Of a stretch of 64,000 nt of DNA, positions 11,761-25,412 are shown one piece after another. The stretch lies in contig NC_087436.1 of assembly GCF_036321535.1 (NCBI RefSeq), forward strand, positions 45,510,001 to 45,574,000, written 5' to 3'. The stretch is from Camelus dromedarius (lineage: Eukaryota). A program made the translations under genes and the position numbers. The notes under the pieces are model-generated. The model was given only the letters and a program-made list of their open reading frames with translations, ran no database searches and was not told the origin of the DNA. The first letter of the stretch is position 1; each line of letters starts with the position of its first letter.

Positions 11761-14504
11761 TTAAGATCGTAAAAAGTAGTGTTTGTTTTTACGTTATCTG
11801 TGTCTAGGAAGACTTACATTCTCTGCTAGTCTTTGCATTGTCTCAGGCAGCAACCAACAGGGCACAGGAGCGGGAAAGGGAGGTTGGAGGAGAATGGTTC
11901 CAAATCATGTGGGATATAGTTTTTAAAATCTCTGTAATTGATTTAATGATGATCTTTTGGTTTATCCTTTCTATAAATCCGGAAAAAGATCCTCTCTTAA
12001 GCTACAGACAACTTAAATACGTATTCTTTCTGGGTGCAAGAAAATAAGCAATAGATTAGAAATATACTAAAGGAGCAAAAAAGAAAATATTGCATATTTA
12101 ATATGTTTTAGTTACATTAGTTAGACTTGATTTTTCTAAAAGAGTGTTAAGGTACTATTTCCTCAAAAAATAATATTTTTTGAAGTAAATTAAGAAATGT
12201 AATCTGCGAAACATTTATTACCTTCTTCTGTAACAGCAGAAGAAAAGGTTCATTTATCTCTTTTCAGGTAATTTTTGAAGGGAAGTTTTTCCCTGTTATA
12301 GAATTTTTTTTTTTAATTTGAAAACTACCCTAAAATAGAGCATAAGAAATTATACATCATTTTATATTCTAGAGCAACGTGTTTATGAGTCCAATACCAA
12401 AATTACAACTTACCAAGTATAAAATGTTCTGACTAGCACAATCTCTGAATATGTGGATGCAATTCTGGCCAGTAGAGAGTCAGGGCTATCTGATTTTACT
12501 TGACTTTGTGAAACATTAAAACAGGAGTTTTCACATTATAAACTTCTGATAAATTTCTAAACATTCAAACAAATTTTCACATACCTTAAATGGTTTATAA
12601 ATATTCACACTTCATTTATTTTGAAAATAGGCTTCAATTTCAATGCCATATAATATCAATATCGTGGTAATTAAAAAAAATAAGTCTTTATTAGTTATTG
12701 GGCTTACTTTGTTTTTTTCAGTTGAACAAATGTTGATGCTAATTCCTCCTTCAGTTCTGTTGAAGCAGGTAAGAAGTGGTCAACACCCTGTAACTGGTGT
12801 GTAGGCCCAGATTGTGGATATTTTATGTGAATAATGCAGGCAAACCACATGGCTGGCTTTTTGAACTTGCATTATTATTACACAGATGAAACAACACACT
12901 CACAATGGAAAACTACGTGGAGCAAAGGAAGACTCTGCCGTGTTTTTAAGAGTTATATCACGGCTAAGTTACTGAAAGCTTGATGTCAGATCTACTCCAT
13001 CACCGGACTAGACTTTTTGCGGAGATTGTTTCTTCCCCACAAAGTGTTTGGTGTCCAGGGGCTCCTTTTTTCCCAGCAATGCTAGAGAGACAGGGTCTCG
13101 GGACCTTGAAGCTGGTTAATTCTGCTTGTCCTACCCTCTCACGGTGGAGTTAATGACTATAACCAAAACTGGTGCAGGTGGATGCCCCTTTCAGGATTGC
13201 ATTTTGCTTAGTGGGAAGGATAGTAGGCTTTTTTACTTTTATGGTCTGTCATATCTAGATGTGCCGTAATACATTTAAACTGCTTTCCTTAGGTAGTTAA
13301 AGTATAGCAGCTCCAAATGTCTTGTTTATATGCAGAGTCTAGGACATCTGGGATGTAGCAGTTTTCCGAAGTATTACTATAAATTATGTTTTCATTGATC
13401 TTGGGCCAGACCATCAGTAGTTGCCAGTTGTCTTCAGTAGCTGGCTTAAATTGATTTTTCATGTGAAAATGAAAAGAAATACTCCTGTTTTCTCATAAGT
13501 TCAGCTGAGTGTAAAGATTTAATATTTCCACCCATTTTCAGAAATTTATGTATAGTTTTGACTCATCAAATAAACTGTATGCAACTGGAGGCCTCAAATT
13601 AGGCGATATGCATACAATCCTTACTTTTTTCTTCAGATTTTACTTGTGTAGAGAAGTATTAGGATTCATCTTGATAAAGCAAAGATGTGTACTATCACAG
13701 AAACATTTTTAAAAGGAATAAACTCCCATCATTTGTAGTTTCTTCATTCAGTGGATAGGCCTGGAACTTTAAGTTACGTGTTGTAGAAAATTTAGGAAAC
13801 ACAAATAAGCAAAATAAGAAAGTAAATGTTACCTTGAGAGCAACACTAACATTTTAGTGCAAATCTTTTAAAACATCCCTTTCTTTCTATCTACCCATCT
13901 CTATGTTTTTAACAAAAATATTTTCATAGAGTTCATACCATATTTTTCTGTAACTTGCCTTTTTTTCTTTATATAGAAAGGAACATTCTTCCATGTTCTT
14001 AAATACTTCCTTCACCAAACTGTAAATGGGAGAATTATGTTGCTTTAATGTAAGGTTCTAGCTGACAATAAAATTCATTTTGATACTTTATACATGACTC
14101 CAGACAAACAGAATGGTCTTGTTAAAAAGTGGAACGTTGACTTATTTATGGTAATATTAAATGTAAGTTATTCTGTGAGTTACTCCTTAATCTTTAAAGA
14201 TAGAGCTTGAAATACTAACCTTCTAATGGAAGTGGAAGAATAACTCCTAAACAAAGTCCCAACACATGATTCAGAAAGAATAGTTCTACACACTGCATGG
14301 CACGAGAGTACTAAAATTTGACCGAGCATTGACAAAGTACTGGGCTCACTGACGTCAGGATGTATCATTCATGGTCACTCACTCAGGTACTCAGTTCATA
14401 ACCTCAATGCAGATCTTACCTCCCCCTCCAAAACATGGCATTACTTTGGAATGAGTAGTCATTATTGTCTCTGTTGGATCGAATAACATGTGCTAGTGAT
14501 ACCA

Positions 14505-14735
14505 TATAGAGGGATGGATGACAGTGACTCTAGGGCCAGACACTGCCTGGGTTGGAATCCTTATTCAGACACATACTAGCTCCTTGGGGAGGTTACATAT
14601 CTTCTTTAAACCTTAGCTTCCCTATCTGTAAAATGTGGAAAACAATACTGACCTGATAGAGTTGTTGCTTTGATTAAGTAATTCACTTAATGTACGTGAA
14701 GTGTTCACGAACGCTATATGCTATGTAAGTTTTAG
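14505..14735 (+). mobile_element. MIR
   Basis: ctgcctgggttggaatcc...ccttagcttccctatctgtaaaatgtgg core. Confidence 0.75.
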
Positions 14736-15774
14736 GTGTGCTATCATGATTGACGTTCAGTGTGTCAATATTGAACAGTTTTATGCAGTACATTAACACT
14801 GTCTCGTGGTCCCCTCACTGCAACCCTGTGAGTCAGGAATTTTCATGCCCACTTTATAGATGAGAACATTATATATACTTTTATGTCCCAGTCATGTATT
14901 GAGCCCAACCATGGTTCTGTCTCTTATTAGTTTCTTAATTATAAATTTTATTTATAGTGTAAGCAGAAATTATGATATAAGTGGAACTTACACATTCTCA
15001 GATTGTATAGGCCATAAGATTACTTTAGAAAGTATGAAGAAGAGAAAAGAATGATTGGTTAATAGACAACAAGTAGCCTAGGAGTTAACTGTATGCAATA
15101 GAAATAATTATGTTCATTCACTGCATTAAATTCTTGGGATTGATTTAGGTGCATAGAGGTACCAACTCTAGAGTGAAATAAAAATACAGGTAAAGCTCAT
15201 GGTATATTATATGACAGCTTCCTGTGCTTTAAATATATTCTGTACCTATGGATGTTGCATCCACGACTAAAAGGTCTAACAGGGGAAAGCACATCCCATC
15301 TGATGAAGATGTGTTGTCACTAGTAAAATCCAGCTCAGTGCAGGAGAGAACCCAGTGTCAGTAGAAAACTCTCAGTAAGTCCAATCTGATTCAGTAGGAC
15401 CACAAGCAAAAAAAGAGATACCATCTGAACTTTCAATTTTTTTCTTTTGATTGACGTTCAGAGGTAACAGCATTTGTCATTAAGAAGATAATATATTTTT
15501 AAAAAGCTGAGTGGCTCTACATCCTGATATTTGAGATGGCTTTTAATTTTTAGTTTGCAGTGAAAGTAATGTCATTTCACTGTATTTTTTGCCAAAGCAT
15601 CTTGCAGGAGGACCAACTAGTTAATCAAGAAATTTCTTACAGTTTACCAAGTTGTTTTGTGAGACTGCAGCCATGGACTATTTAATAACAGCAGGGTGAA
15701 CTACATTCAAATGGTTTCCTGCAGATCTAGAAATCAGATAATGAATCTGTTCTCATCAAATCTAATAGTTTTTT

Positions 15775-15826
15775 TCTCTTTCTTTCTTTCTCTCTCTCTC
15801 TCTTTCTCTCTCTTTCTTTCTTTCTT
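15775..15826. repeat. (CT)/(CTTT) microsatellite
   Basis: Directly visible. Confidence 0.9.
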
Positions 15827-16902
15827 AAAGGGAAATTTTTTTCTAAATTCAAAAGATACATCCATTGAAGAAAAAAGTGGAATTAGAGTATGAGCTATTG
15901 TCCCTTCTTACTGAAAATATTTTTAAAATCCCATTTTGTAAAGGTAGTTTGCTCCATCAACCAAGTTCACCTGCCTAATAGAAGTTTGGATGATGGTCAG
16001 GAGTGTTTTGAAGTGTTTCAAATGTGGATGCTGTAGCACGAGAAAATGCCTGGTTGTAGGTATCGTTCAGGGCACTAACGGAACTTAGAGCAGTTATTGC
16101 CATCCTGGGACTAGCGCTCGGAGAGCAAATTGGTCTGCTGGGATCACATTCTGCCTGCTTCTGTTACTGCCTGCTCCTGGGCCTTGACAGCCTGAGTTTA
16201 CATTTCTCTGCTTGTGTTCATTCTCACGCTTGACTAATTCACACCCAGCAATTTGTGTTGTCTGGGTGGAGAAGCAGGTCAGAGGTGCCATCTGAATATA
16301 TAGATAAGCAGGTGTTGTAACGGATGAAATTGCATACTATTATGGTGATGCATGGTGTGCTTTTTGTACTTTTTTACACAGACCTATAGGTTCAGTCTGC
16401 ACAGGGCTGCTGGGAGGTGTCAGCTGGACGTATGCATTGTGAAAAGTCACTGTGGCTCCAGATTCTGCTTTCCCTCTTGTGCGTGGGACCTGAAGAAAAA
16501 GCAGGTTTGGGCGACCCGGGGAGTGTTCTTAGTTTTCATGCATTTCCCCTGCACTATATAGCAGAAGGTTCAGATTTAAAAATCCCCATATTCCAGGGAA
16601 CATAATGTCCATTTTCTCACTGTACAAGACTTAAAAGCTCTTCGTAGAATCCGCAATTGAAAAAAAAAATCATCACGAATTTTAAATACTTCAGGATAAT
16701 GCAACTATTTATTTTTGCAAGGATGTATTTTAAATTAAGCAAAGTCAGATCACATTTCTCAGGAGGAAAGGTAATCACTCACCTAAGCAGCCAGTAGGAA
16801 GTACGTGTGATACTTCAGCAGGGTCTTCCTTCACAGGGTCTAATCCATTACCTGGATGGATTAGTACTGTCTACCTCTAACGCACACTCCTTATAGGAAG
16901 CA

Positions 16903-17535
16903 CAGTTGATTCTCATTACTTGACTAGTTATGTTCTATAAAGTCACTGGAAACACCGAATTAGCAAATTCTGAACCATTGCTCTTAGAGGAAATGATAGG
17001 GTTAGGTTCCTGCAAGCCTCTGGTCACAACATTTTCATCAGCCAGTCAATGTATAACCTTGCTTTATGTGTGTTTCTGTTTAAAGACACCTTATGTAATG
17101 CATAGTTGATTCATTAACATTGAACTCACAACCAACAGGACCATAACCCGTGCCTGGATGAAGCTTATCCAACACATGTATTTCTCTGTAAGACACAACA
17201 CAGCCTTCTTGTAATTAGGTACACTCGATGGCATTTCAGCACTGGGGTGGGGAGGGGCATTTTAAACAGTGAAATCACCTACAAAAAGCACAAAAGTGCA
17301 AAAAATGTGACACTAAGTAGACTGAAAAAGGACACCGTTTACAGGATGAGTTGAAACAAGAAGGCAAAGTGTTACCTTGTTTGACCTCAGCCTGGAACGC
17401 AGGCATTGGGCAACTCAAATTATCCACCGCTGTGTGAATGACCACGAACGACTGTGAAAGCCCTGTATGTTTAGATTTGGGGGTGAGAAACAAATTTTAG
17501 TGAGTAGGTGAATTTGCAATAATGAGGATCAACTG
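16903..17535 (+). mobile_element. MER82 (TcMar-Tigger non-autonomous DNA transposon), near full length
   Basis: TIRs cagttgattctcatta / taatgaggatcaactg followed by TA; internal sequence matches my recollection of the MER82 consensus. Confidence 0.88.
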
Positions 17536-17989
17536 TATTCCGTTGTAGGAAGTAGCATCCGAAGTTCAAGTCCTGGATAACACTAATTCATACTGTCCTG
17601 AACGACCCTAATTTATAATGGCAGCCCTCACCTATGCTTAGCAGTGAAAATACTTCTTCACAGAACGCTAAGAAGGCAAGGCTCTCTTTGTACAGAGAAA
17701 TTGTCTTTTCAGATTTATATCACAAAGCATGCCTTTGAAGCTAGAGATATAAAATTTTATTAAAGGAGATAATAAGGGGGGAAAAAAAACCTGTTGTGGT
17801 TTCCTAAGGGAGAATCCAGAGAGAACTGGAGGGAGAAGGATGGGTAATTGAAAACAGCCCACACACGCGCTCACACACGTACACAGTGAATCTTGTGTTG
17901 CATTGATGAAGGTGGAAGGGGACTGAATCATGTTTGCTAGAAATAGTGAGCAATCCTTATGTGAAGACTTCTACTGGGCATTTGATAAG

Positions 17990-18230
17990 GATATTAACTA
18001 ACAGTTAATGAGCATCTATCCTGGGCCTAAGAAGAGTTTTATGAACATTGACTCATATAAGCCCCTGTTTTACAAAATATGCTTTGTGACTGGGTCTGTT
18101 TTGCAAGCTGAGGAACCTCAGGCACAGACAGGATAAGTAACTTGCCAACTGTCACGCGACTGGTAATCAACAGAGCTGAGCTTCTAACCCAGGCAGGCTG
18201 GCTCCAGCCACCGTGCTGTCCTCTGTCTCT
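17990..18230 (-). mobile_element. MIR
   Basis: gaggaacctcaggcacagacaggataagtaacttgcc...agagctgagcttctaacccaggcag. Confidence 0.7.
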
Positions 18231-20181
18231 CACTTTGGCCTATGACATCAGACCTTAGTGGGAAAATCACAGAAACCATTTTCAAAGACATTGTATTAAA
18301 AGGGTAGGGTTGGGTGGGAGAGTGGGCTTCATTTTGTTAAGGCAGGTCCCAGACCAATGGAAATCTACCATATGAAATAGCAGTCTTTGAAAAAATTCTG
18401 ATTGTAACTTTTGAATTAGACTCTTACACTGATAATTTACAGCAATGTAATGCTCACATAACAAAGCTAAAAGTGCAGCTCAAAAATGCCGATTCACTCT
18501 TGAAAGGTTTTGTTTTGTTTTTCTTTGAGTCACCCTTCTATGTTCACTTATATTCTGGGCTCTAGACATAAGGTGAAGTGAAGGCAGAATTTCTCCTGAA
18601 ACATTAATCTTAACTAATAAGCACTCCCTAACGAGACCTGCCAGGTGGAATCAAGCACTGAATCTCAACCTTTGTACCAAAAATACAAGAGGGAACTTCC
18701 TTAATTGGCCTGATACTTGTTAGCACCTAAAGGCCTCAAAAAGTTCTACACGAACCATTAAAACAGCCTTAAACATTGAGGTGGGTATTCTATTCTTCTG
18801 CCTCTAAGAAAATAAGAATTCTACGTATATATTCAGAAAAATAATGATGTCAATGAGCTACCTGTGTGTTCTTCACAAAAATCAACTCTAGTCAAGAATG
18901 CTCAGATGGAAAGATCCTCCCCCACCAAAAAACCCAGGAAAATCTTTAATAGACACTTATATGCCCATTAAAATGGCTTTACTGAGGCATATGTCTTCAC
19001 AGAATACGTACATCATATATTGCTACAGGGAAAAAAATACCTGCCTAGAAAACAGCCTGGCCAGTTTGTAAAACACACATTGTTTACACCCATATGTACA
19101 AACATGTCCAGTTAGTACAGTTTTAACTGGGAATGTACCCAAATTCTAATCATAATTATCTTTTGAAGATGGGATTAAGTTTTTACTCCAGGAAACCAAA
19201 ATTATGTCTCAGTGCACCTAATATTTTGCTAGTGGAGAGACTTCCAGATGCCTCGGTCTTCAGCAGCTGTGTGCATCCAAGCTGATCAGTCTGTTCTTGG
19301 GTCAAACTAGCTGGTAATGACTGAAAGATCAGAGTGTGCCTGCCATACAGGAGACAGGTGAGAAGACAGAGGGGGAAGGCAGACAGACCCTCTATAGATA
19401 TCTCAATCCATTGGAATTACAGTCCAGTCAGGAAGGCAAATAAATGTCCATAGAAAATACAGATACATGCCAGATGGCAGACCAAACATTCAAGTGCCAG
19501 CATATAGGAATTAGAGTAAAGGAGAAAGGAACGTCACAGCAGTGGATGTAGAGACAGACTTCATTAGGAGGCAGCGAACTTGAGAGCTTTTAATATGGTT
19601 GGATTGACAAAGGAGAACTGGGAGTTTGCTTTTAAGGTGGTAGCAAGAGAAAAGTGCATGTTCTCTGATATGCCAGCCATGACTGAGTACCAAGTGCTGA
19701 GATTGAGTTGTTCAGTTGCTTTCTGTTAGCCAGGGCAAAAGTAGAAACACAAGAATTTAAGAGAGTTCTTATCTGGAAAGAAAGGTGGGCATCCTAGCAT
19801 CTAATTATTGCTCAAGAGAGTGAGCTGATCTTTTTGGCAGGAAGTTAAGGACAAGCCAAGGTCCTAGACCAAAGACTTAGAGCAATCTTTGGAGGAAAGT
19901 CAGTGATGTAATGTCGAAGAACACTACAGCCCAGGGGCTGTAATTCTTGTGGCCCCAGCCACTTCCTGATCTCACCAGACAGCAGGCTGGAATTCACAGT
20001 ACCCAAGGGAATGGGTAACGCTGACACTGTCTTCTGTGAGAACCCGCTCTGAGTTGTGCTTTGTCGATGAACTGGCCCAGGAGCGCTGGGGCTCAGTGCC
20101 ATGGACAGGGCAGGTGGCCAGGTGTGTTGAAAGCAGGATCACTGGTTGGTAATTTGTTAGGAACTGGTCTTTTTGCTGAGA

Positions 20182-20209
20182 GAAGACCACCCTTCCTTGG
20201 GTGGTCTTC
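20182..20209. promoter_or_regulatory. Perfect 11-bp inverted repeat containing GLI-consensus motifs
   Basis: gaagaccaccc-ttcctt-gggtggtcttc; GACCACCCT on + and a perfect GACCACCCA on - (20198-20206). Function is inferred only. Confidence 0.45.
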
Positions 20210-20329
20210 CCTGGTAGATCACAGGCTACAGGCAAAGGATGGTGGTTGTCCTTGGGAATTCATCTTGGATTCTCTGCAATGCATGGGTAAATGTTTGGTT
20301 TTTTGAAGCAGGTGTTACCTGTCAACCTC

Positions 20330-20520
20330 TATATACCTTATTTCAGAAATCCTCCTGGTAATCCCGACAGGAATGCATAATAATAATGGTTGTTTGAGAG
20401 CTGAGGAAACTGAGTCTCAGAGGGGTGATTGTTAACTCACCTCTGCCCCATAGCAAGTATGTGATGTGGAATTACACCTTCAACAGGCCCAGCTCCCGAG
20501 ACCAGAACCCTGGCTCCTCC
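20330..20520 (-). mobile_element. MIR
   Basis: gctgaggaaactgagtctcagaggggtga core. Confidence 0.65.
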
Positions 20521-21459
20521 CAGCCCACGTCAGCCCCATGTGTGGAGGACGACAGCTGAAGCGTGGCTCTGCTGTGACTCTGTGAGCTGGGCCAGCCAAG
20601 CTCATTTCCTACCCACTCTGTTTCTTGCAGGGCTATTAAAACACAGGATTTGATCAGCAATAGTGGCTGAGAGGAGACTCGACCCTGCCTGAGTGAGGCT
20701 TACTGGGGTTGTTGTGAGGAATGATGTTGGGCACGTGAGGGTGGACCAGCAACTTGGAAGCCAGCCTGAGGAACTGGGGTTGCTCCAGGAGGCAGGAGAA
20801 AACCACAGTAAATCAAGTGGGAACATAGCAGTGGAAGCGCCCTCTTCTTTCACAAACCCAGATAGTCTTTAGGATGCGCTATATGAAACGGCCAGTACTT
20901 AAATATTTTGACCTATGAAATGACAATAGGATATGGTTCATCTAAAACAGGTTCCCTGGTATTTTAATCACACTCTTATTTCACATCTACTTTCACCTGA
21001 GAGGGTATTGGAGAGGGTTGCTGTTTTGAATTTACTATTGTTTGCAGACATTAAGCAAACCATCTGTATTGCTTGTCTGACTAGTTAGAAGCCAAGTTCT
21101 CTTTTTGCAGAATAAAAGTCAAACCTGCTGCACAAGCTTATATGTGTGCCATAATTTGGATAAACATTATAAAAATTAAATGTACAGAAAGGCCGCTCGT
21201 TGTGTTACTTTTCAGAAATCCTTCCTTTCCTCAGAAAGGAGCAGCCTACCTTCCTGCCTTCCATTGTGTTTTCAGTCTTTCAGCAAACCTTCATGGCATC
21301 TCTCTGGCAGACTTGGTATAGTTGAATAATCTAGAACCACTTACCTAGTGCCTGGGTCATAATAGCCATGTTATCAACACAATTTTCCTTTTTCCTTTTT
21401 AAAACCATGGCTTCAACTCCCTTTCCCTGAACGGGGCATTAGATAAGCAGCAGGTGAGA

Positions 21460-21670
21460 GCCTGGCACCTGCGGGTGCAGACACACTGAGCTCCAGATTC
21501 ACCTTGGCCACCTGAGGGTTTGATAAACTTGGGCATTCACTAACCTCCCTGGGCCTTCATTTCTTAGTGTGAAATTGGAGTAATCAAATGAGGTTCTGGC
21601 AAGAATTAAACTAGATAAGGTGTGTAAATTGCTTACAATAGTCTCACACTTTAGAAGTTCTTCTTAAAAG
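21460..21670 (+). mobile_element. MIR
   Basis: cttgggcattcactaacctccctgggccttcatttc...gtgaaattggagtaat. Confidence 0.7.
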
Positions 21671-22309
21671 GTAGCTTCTACTGGCATGTCTATGAGCCAC
21701 CGTTTTGTTTTTGCCTAGCTTTCCACACAAGGGAGTTCCTAATCCAACAATGCTTTTTTAGCTTCTCAGTGAGCGTTCAGAAACATTATGCTGCAACATT
21801 GCCTAAAACATTTTCTTCACTCCCGCGTTGCCATTGAGTCAAATTTCCCAACCTGATAAATAAGATTCTTTGCAGTATGACCTCACCTCACCATTCCTGT
21901 CTGAGTTAGTGCTGCCTTTTTTCTGTAGAAAGCTTATGACCATTGCAGACTGAAACACTTTTTGGTTTCCCATGTGTTTCCATCCTATCCTCTTCCTCTT
22001 GTTTCTGTCACCTGGAATATCTATCCCCTTTCCTGCTTTGAACACTTATTCAGAAAGCCCAACTTGATAAGACCTTTAAAGATCTTCTAAATAGTTTTGA
22101 TCTTTGCCCTCAAAACCCCTAATTCTTCCATTTGGTATCTGCCTTTAAAACCCCTAAATTCATATTTAGCTCTGGTGGATTTCCTCATAATAAAGTTAAT
22201 TGTGACTTATGTTATCACCCTTAAAACATTTTATACTAATTGATAAGACGACTTTCAATCAAGCCCGCTACAATATACAGGAAGTTCAAGAACTGTTTGC
22301 ACAATTTCA

Positions 22310-22620
22310 TTTACTCAAATCAATGAATGTTCAAGAAGGGCTTGGTGTCTGTCAAACACTGTTTCAGGGCAAGACCCCTGCTTTCATGACTATACATGCC
22401 GCTGGGACAGAGAGGCATTAAACATGTAAGCAAATACATAAAATAATGATGGATGTTGATAAGTGGGGCCAGAGGGAGCCGTTTTAGCTAGAGGTTGAGG
22501 GAAGTACTTTATAAAGGAATCATCTGAGATGAACCAAATGAGGAGAGCAGGCTAGTTCTGGGAGCATCTGGGAGGAGAGGGTCCCCGACAGGACACGACA
22601 AATAGAAAGCCCTCATCAGA
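22310..22620 (-). mobile_element. L2 fragment
   Basis: Starts catttactcaaatcaatgaatg (reverse L2 3' end), followed by a purine-rich body. Confidence 0.55.
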
Positions 22621-22784
22621 TGAACTGTGACTTTGCACCAGAACAGGCTTCTGCTTTCTCTTTTGTTTTTGAAGATACTGATTGAACATTTGAGCCCTAG
22701 CTGATAGTTGGGAGTTCATTATATTCTCAGTGTGATTCTAAATGATTTGGTTCATTTGCATTCACAGGGAGCTTGTTTTTTCCT

Positions 22785-22980
22785 AGCCTTGGACCTGTAA
22801 CATTTAGTTCAAATCCTAGCTCTTCCACTTTACCTGAATAACCTTAAGTAAATTATTCACCCCTTGAAGACTCAGGATCCTGTCTTGAATGAGTATCACA
22901 GTGACTGCCTTTCAGAGTTGTGAGGGTCCAGTTAATGTCTCTCAAGTGCCTGGCAAGTACTAGAAGTTCCGTAAAGGGTA
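22785..22980 (+). mobile_element. MIR
   Basis: gttcaaatcctagctcttccacttt...accttaagtaaattatt...agagttgtgagg. Confidence 0.65.
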
Positions 22981-23824
22981 GACTTTGTTAATACAATGCA
23001 TTATGCTTTGGGTATTTTAAAATATATTATTAATATGGTATGTAAATCTAGGTTCTGCCCTTGTGTTTCTATATCATTGCAATTAATCCCAGTGGTTAAA
23101 TGTTCATTGTTGTTTTATTTTAGTTTAAAAAAAAAAAAAAAGGAGCTTCTACATTGTATACTGTTGTTGAGGTTGGGTATCATTCCAGTGCGTGAGCATT
23201 TGTGTTGTTGCCAATCCTTTATTATCAGCAATACTGTATATCTCGGGTATATGTGGATCAAACTGCACTGGAAATGCTGATAGATATTGTCCAATTGCTT
23301 CCATGTTGGTGTACACTACTCCTTACTATCACTATTACAAGCCAGGATGGCATTCTCTCACGTAGCAGCATCCTTTGCTGGCTGTACTGGATAATGACTT
23401 GAATTATATATTTTAATACTAGTCTCCTGTCGGAGCAACCAGCTTACTAAGTTTTCCAATAAGAATCTCCTCAGTAGGAAAGCAAGTTAAAACCTCAAAG
23501 GAGTCAGTGTGTGAGGTACTCACATTCCTTCCCTCTCTGTTTGCCTATTTCCTAACCTTTTTATTTGGTGCATGACTGTACTTAGTGTTTCCCATGAAGC
23601 AGTTTATTTCCCATTCTAGTTACACTTCCTACCGAAAATAACATGTTTCAAAAATCTGCACACACTGTAGCAACATGTGCACAATATGCATGATTATTTT
23701 TGTTACAACAGCCTCCAGTAGATAATTTGAATAAATTTAAAATATCTGAAGCTCTATTACCATGATGTTGGTATGCATAAAAGCTAGTAAAATGGCACAG
23801 CTGTGCAAATTATTTAATAAGATA

Positions 23825-24230
23825 CCATTTTTAATCCCTGCCTTCATGAAGTTTATATTTTAGTAGCAAGGGATAGATCTTAAAGAAATAAGTTAACCAT
23901 ATGGTATGTATTTATGGTTTATATATATAGCATGTCTAATGGTGATATGTGCTGTGGCAAAAAGCAAAGCAGGAAGGCCAGGACGGAGTTGGAAGGTCTG
24001 GTTTTGCAGGGATGCTGGGAAAGACAACATTTGAGGAAAGACTCTAAGATAGTCAGGGTGAGCTATGCAGCTTTTGAAGTAGCAGACTGAGGAAAGGGCC
24101 GGAGATGAAGCCCTATTTGGCTGTAAAATAGCGTATCAACAAGGAGCCAGGGTGGCAGAAGCAGATGAGATGGGGGACTAGTAAAAGGAGACGACTCCAG
24201 GTAAAGAGTCGAGAAGGAGCTAGATTTTAA
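23825..24230 (-). mobile_element. L2 fragment
   Basis: atccctgccttcatgaagtttatattttagt... typical reverse L2 sequence. Confidence 0.6.
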
Positions 24231-24584
24231 AATTTGGTCAGTATCAGTGTCTTGAGCGTACAGGAGAGCCGGCAGTCATGTGTACTGTTGGGGGACTAGC
24301 AGTGGCTACAACCTTGCAATAACTGTCAAGATTTTTAAACTGTATGTACATTTTGCCCATGACTTCCCCCCTTTACGTATATGTACAGAAAGATGCATGT
24401 GCAAGCATGTCTTTGGAACATTGTTTGTAATAGCAAATAATTAAAGGCAATCTGAACGCTTTCCAGGAGAGAACTGGTATAATACAAAGTGAAACGCTAC
24501 ATAACTGCAAAAACAATGAGGTCAAGCTCCAAGTGCTGTGATGGGAAGATCCACAAGATACATTGTTTAAGAAAAATCAAGTGG

Positions 24585-24589
<5 letters not shown>

Positions 24590-24631
<42 letters not shown>
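24590..24631. repeat. (TG)~21 microsatellite
   Basis: Directly visible. Confidence 0.97.
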
Positions 24632-24633
<2 letters not shown>

Positions 24634-25249
24634 GTCTAATAGTGGAACAGGTGATAAACACTTATTGTATTGTTTAAGAAAAGGACTTAAATTTTCTTTA
24701 AGTGTTTGCTTTGGGTGCCAATTTCTCTCACAGTAAAAGAAGTCTTACAAATCAGTAAGAAAGATAAATAGTTCAGTGGTAAGATAGATACTAACAGCAT
24801 AAGTAGAAAGTTCACAGCAGAGGAAATGTTTCTTAGCAGGTAACGTTGCATTCTCTATAAGCTATTAAAAAGACTGAGGTAGAGTCTCTTGCTGATGTGA
24901 AAAGATCTCAAAGGCACTCACTGTGAGTAAAAAACATCAAGGCATACAATAGTATTTAAAATATGATTAAAATATATATATATATGCCTATACTAATACA
25001 CAGAAATATGCATAAAATCTGATGAGTGGAATTGAGAGTCAGTGGGAGAGGGAAGGAGACCTGGCTTGAGTTTTCCACTCTTCCTATATTATTTGACTTT
25101 TTTTTATCATGCGCATTTCTTGTTTTTATAGTAAAAATCTAAATGTCACTAATTTAAATTGAAAACATTTATTTTTCTTCATATGATTAAGCAAAATAAC
25201 TTTAGTCATCAAATTTTTCTATTGCCCTCATATATATTATTGACTAGCA

Positions 25250-25412
25250 GTCCCCCTATATTACAAATCCCATGACAGTAAAAGATTTTGTCTGTCTCGT
25301 TCCCCTGGGTGCTATAGGGAGCCTGGCAAAACTGGTAAAAGATGCCCCCAGATGCTCTGGTATCTTGGCACATGGTAGGCACTCCATACAAGTCTGTTGA
25401 CTAAATGAATAA
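25250..25412 (+). mobile_element. L2 3' end
   Basis: tggcacatggtaggcactccatacaagtctgttgactaaatgaat. Confidence 0.7.

Larger units (their letters stand above)
7180..13280 (+). mobile_element. Fossil CR1-clade ORF2 unit U2 (EN+RT), interrupted by younger repeats
   Basis: RICCFNISN 7184-7210; LSEQWI 7303-7320 (~ITETWL); LVILMD 8370-8387 (~LVIMGD); PFYKSGKR 11966-11989 and DPLLSYRQL 11988-12014 (~PIYKKG..DP.NYRPI); LILLDFVK 12490-12513 and SHYKLLI 12531-12551 (~IYLDFSKAFD.V.H..LL); KQVRSG 12763-12780; YTDET 12879-12893 (~FADDT); EDSAVFLRVISRLSY* 12928-12975 (~ED...LQ.DL.RL..W); FFPTKCLV 13030-13053 (~FN..KC.V). Confidence 0.7.
13315..18400 (+). mobile_element. Fossil CR1-clade ORF2 unit U3 (EN+RT)
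   Basis: KCLVYMQSLG 13315-13344 (~KCLYTNAQSLG); MGEL 14026-14037 (~MGDF); LNIF 15229-15240 and LHPRLKGL 15255-15278 (~HPRVLKEL); IFKK 15495-15506; SHGL 15669-15680 (~QHGF); SNLIVFF 15756-15776 (~TNLISFF); SLDDG 15983-15997 and NVDAV 16021-16035; ILQQGL 16810-16827 (~LQ.DL). Confidence 0.7.
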
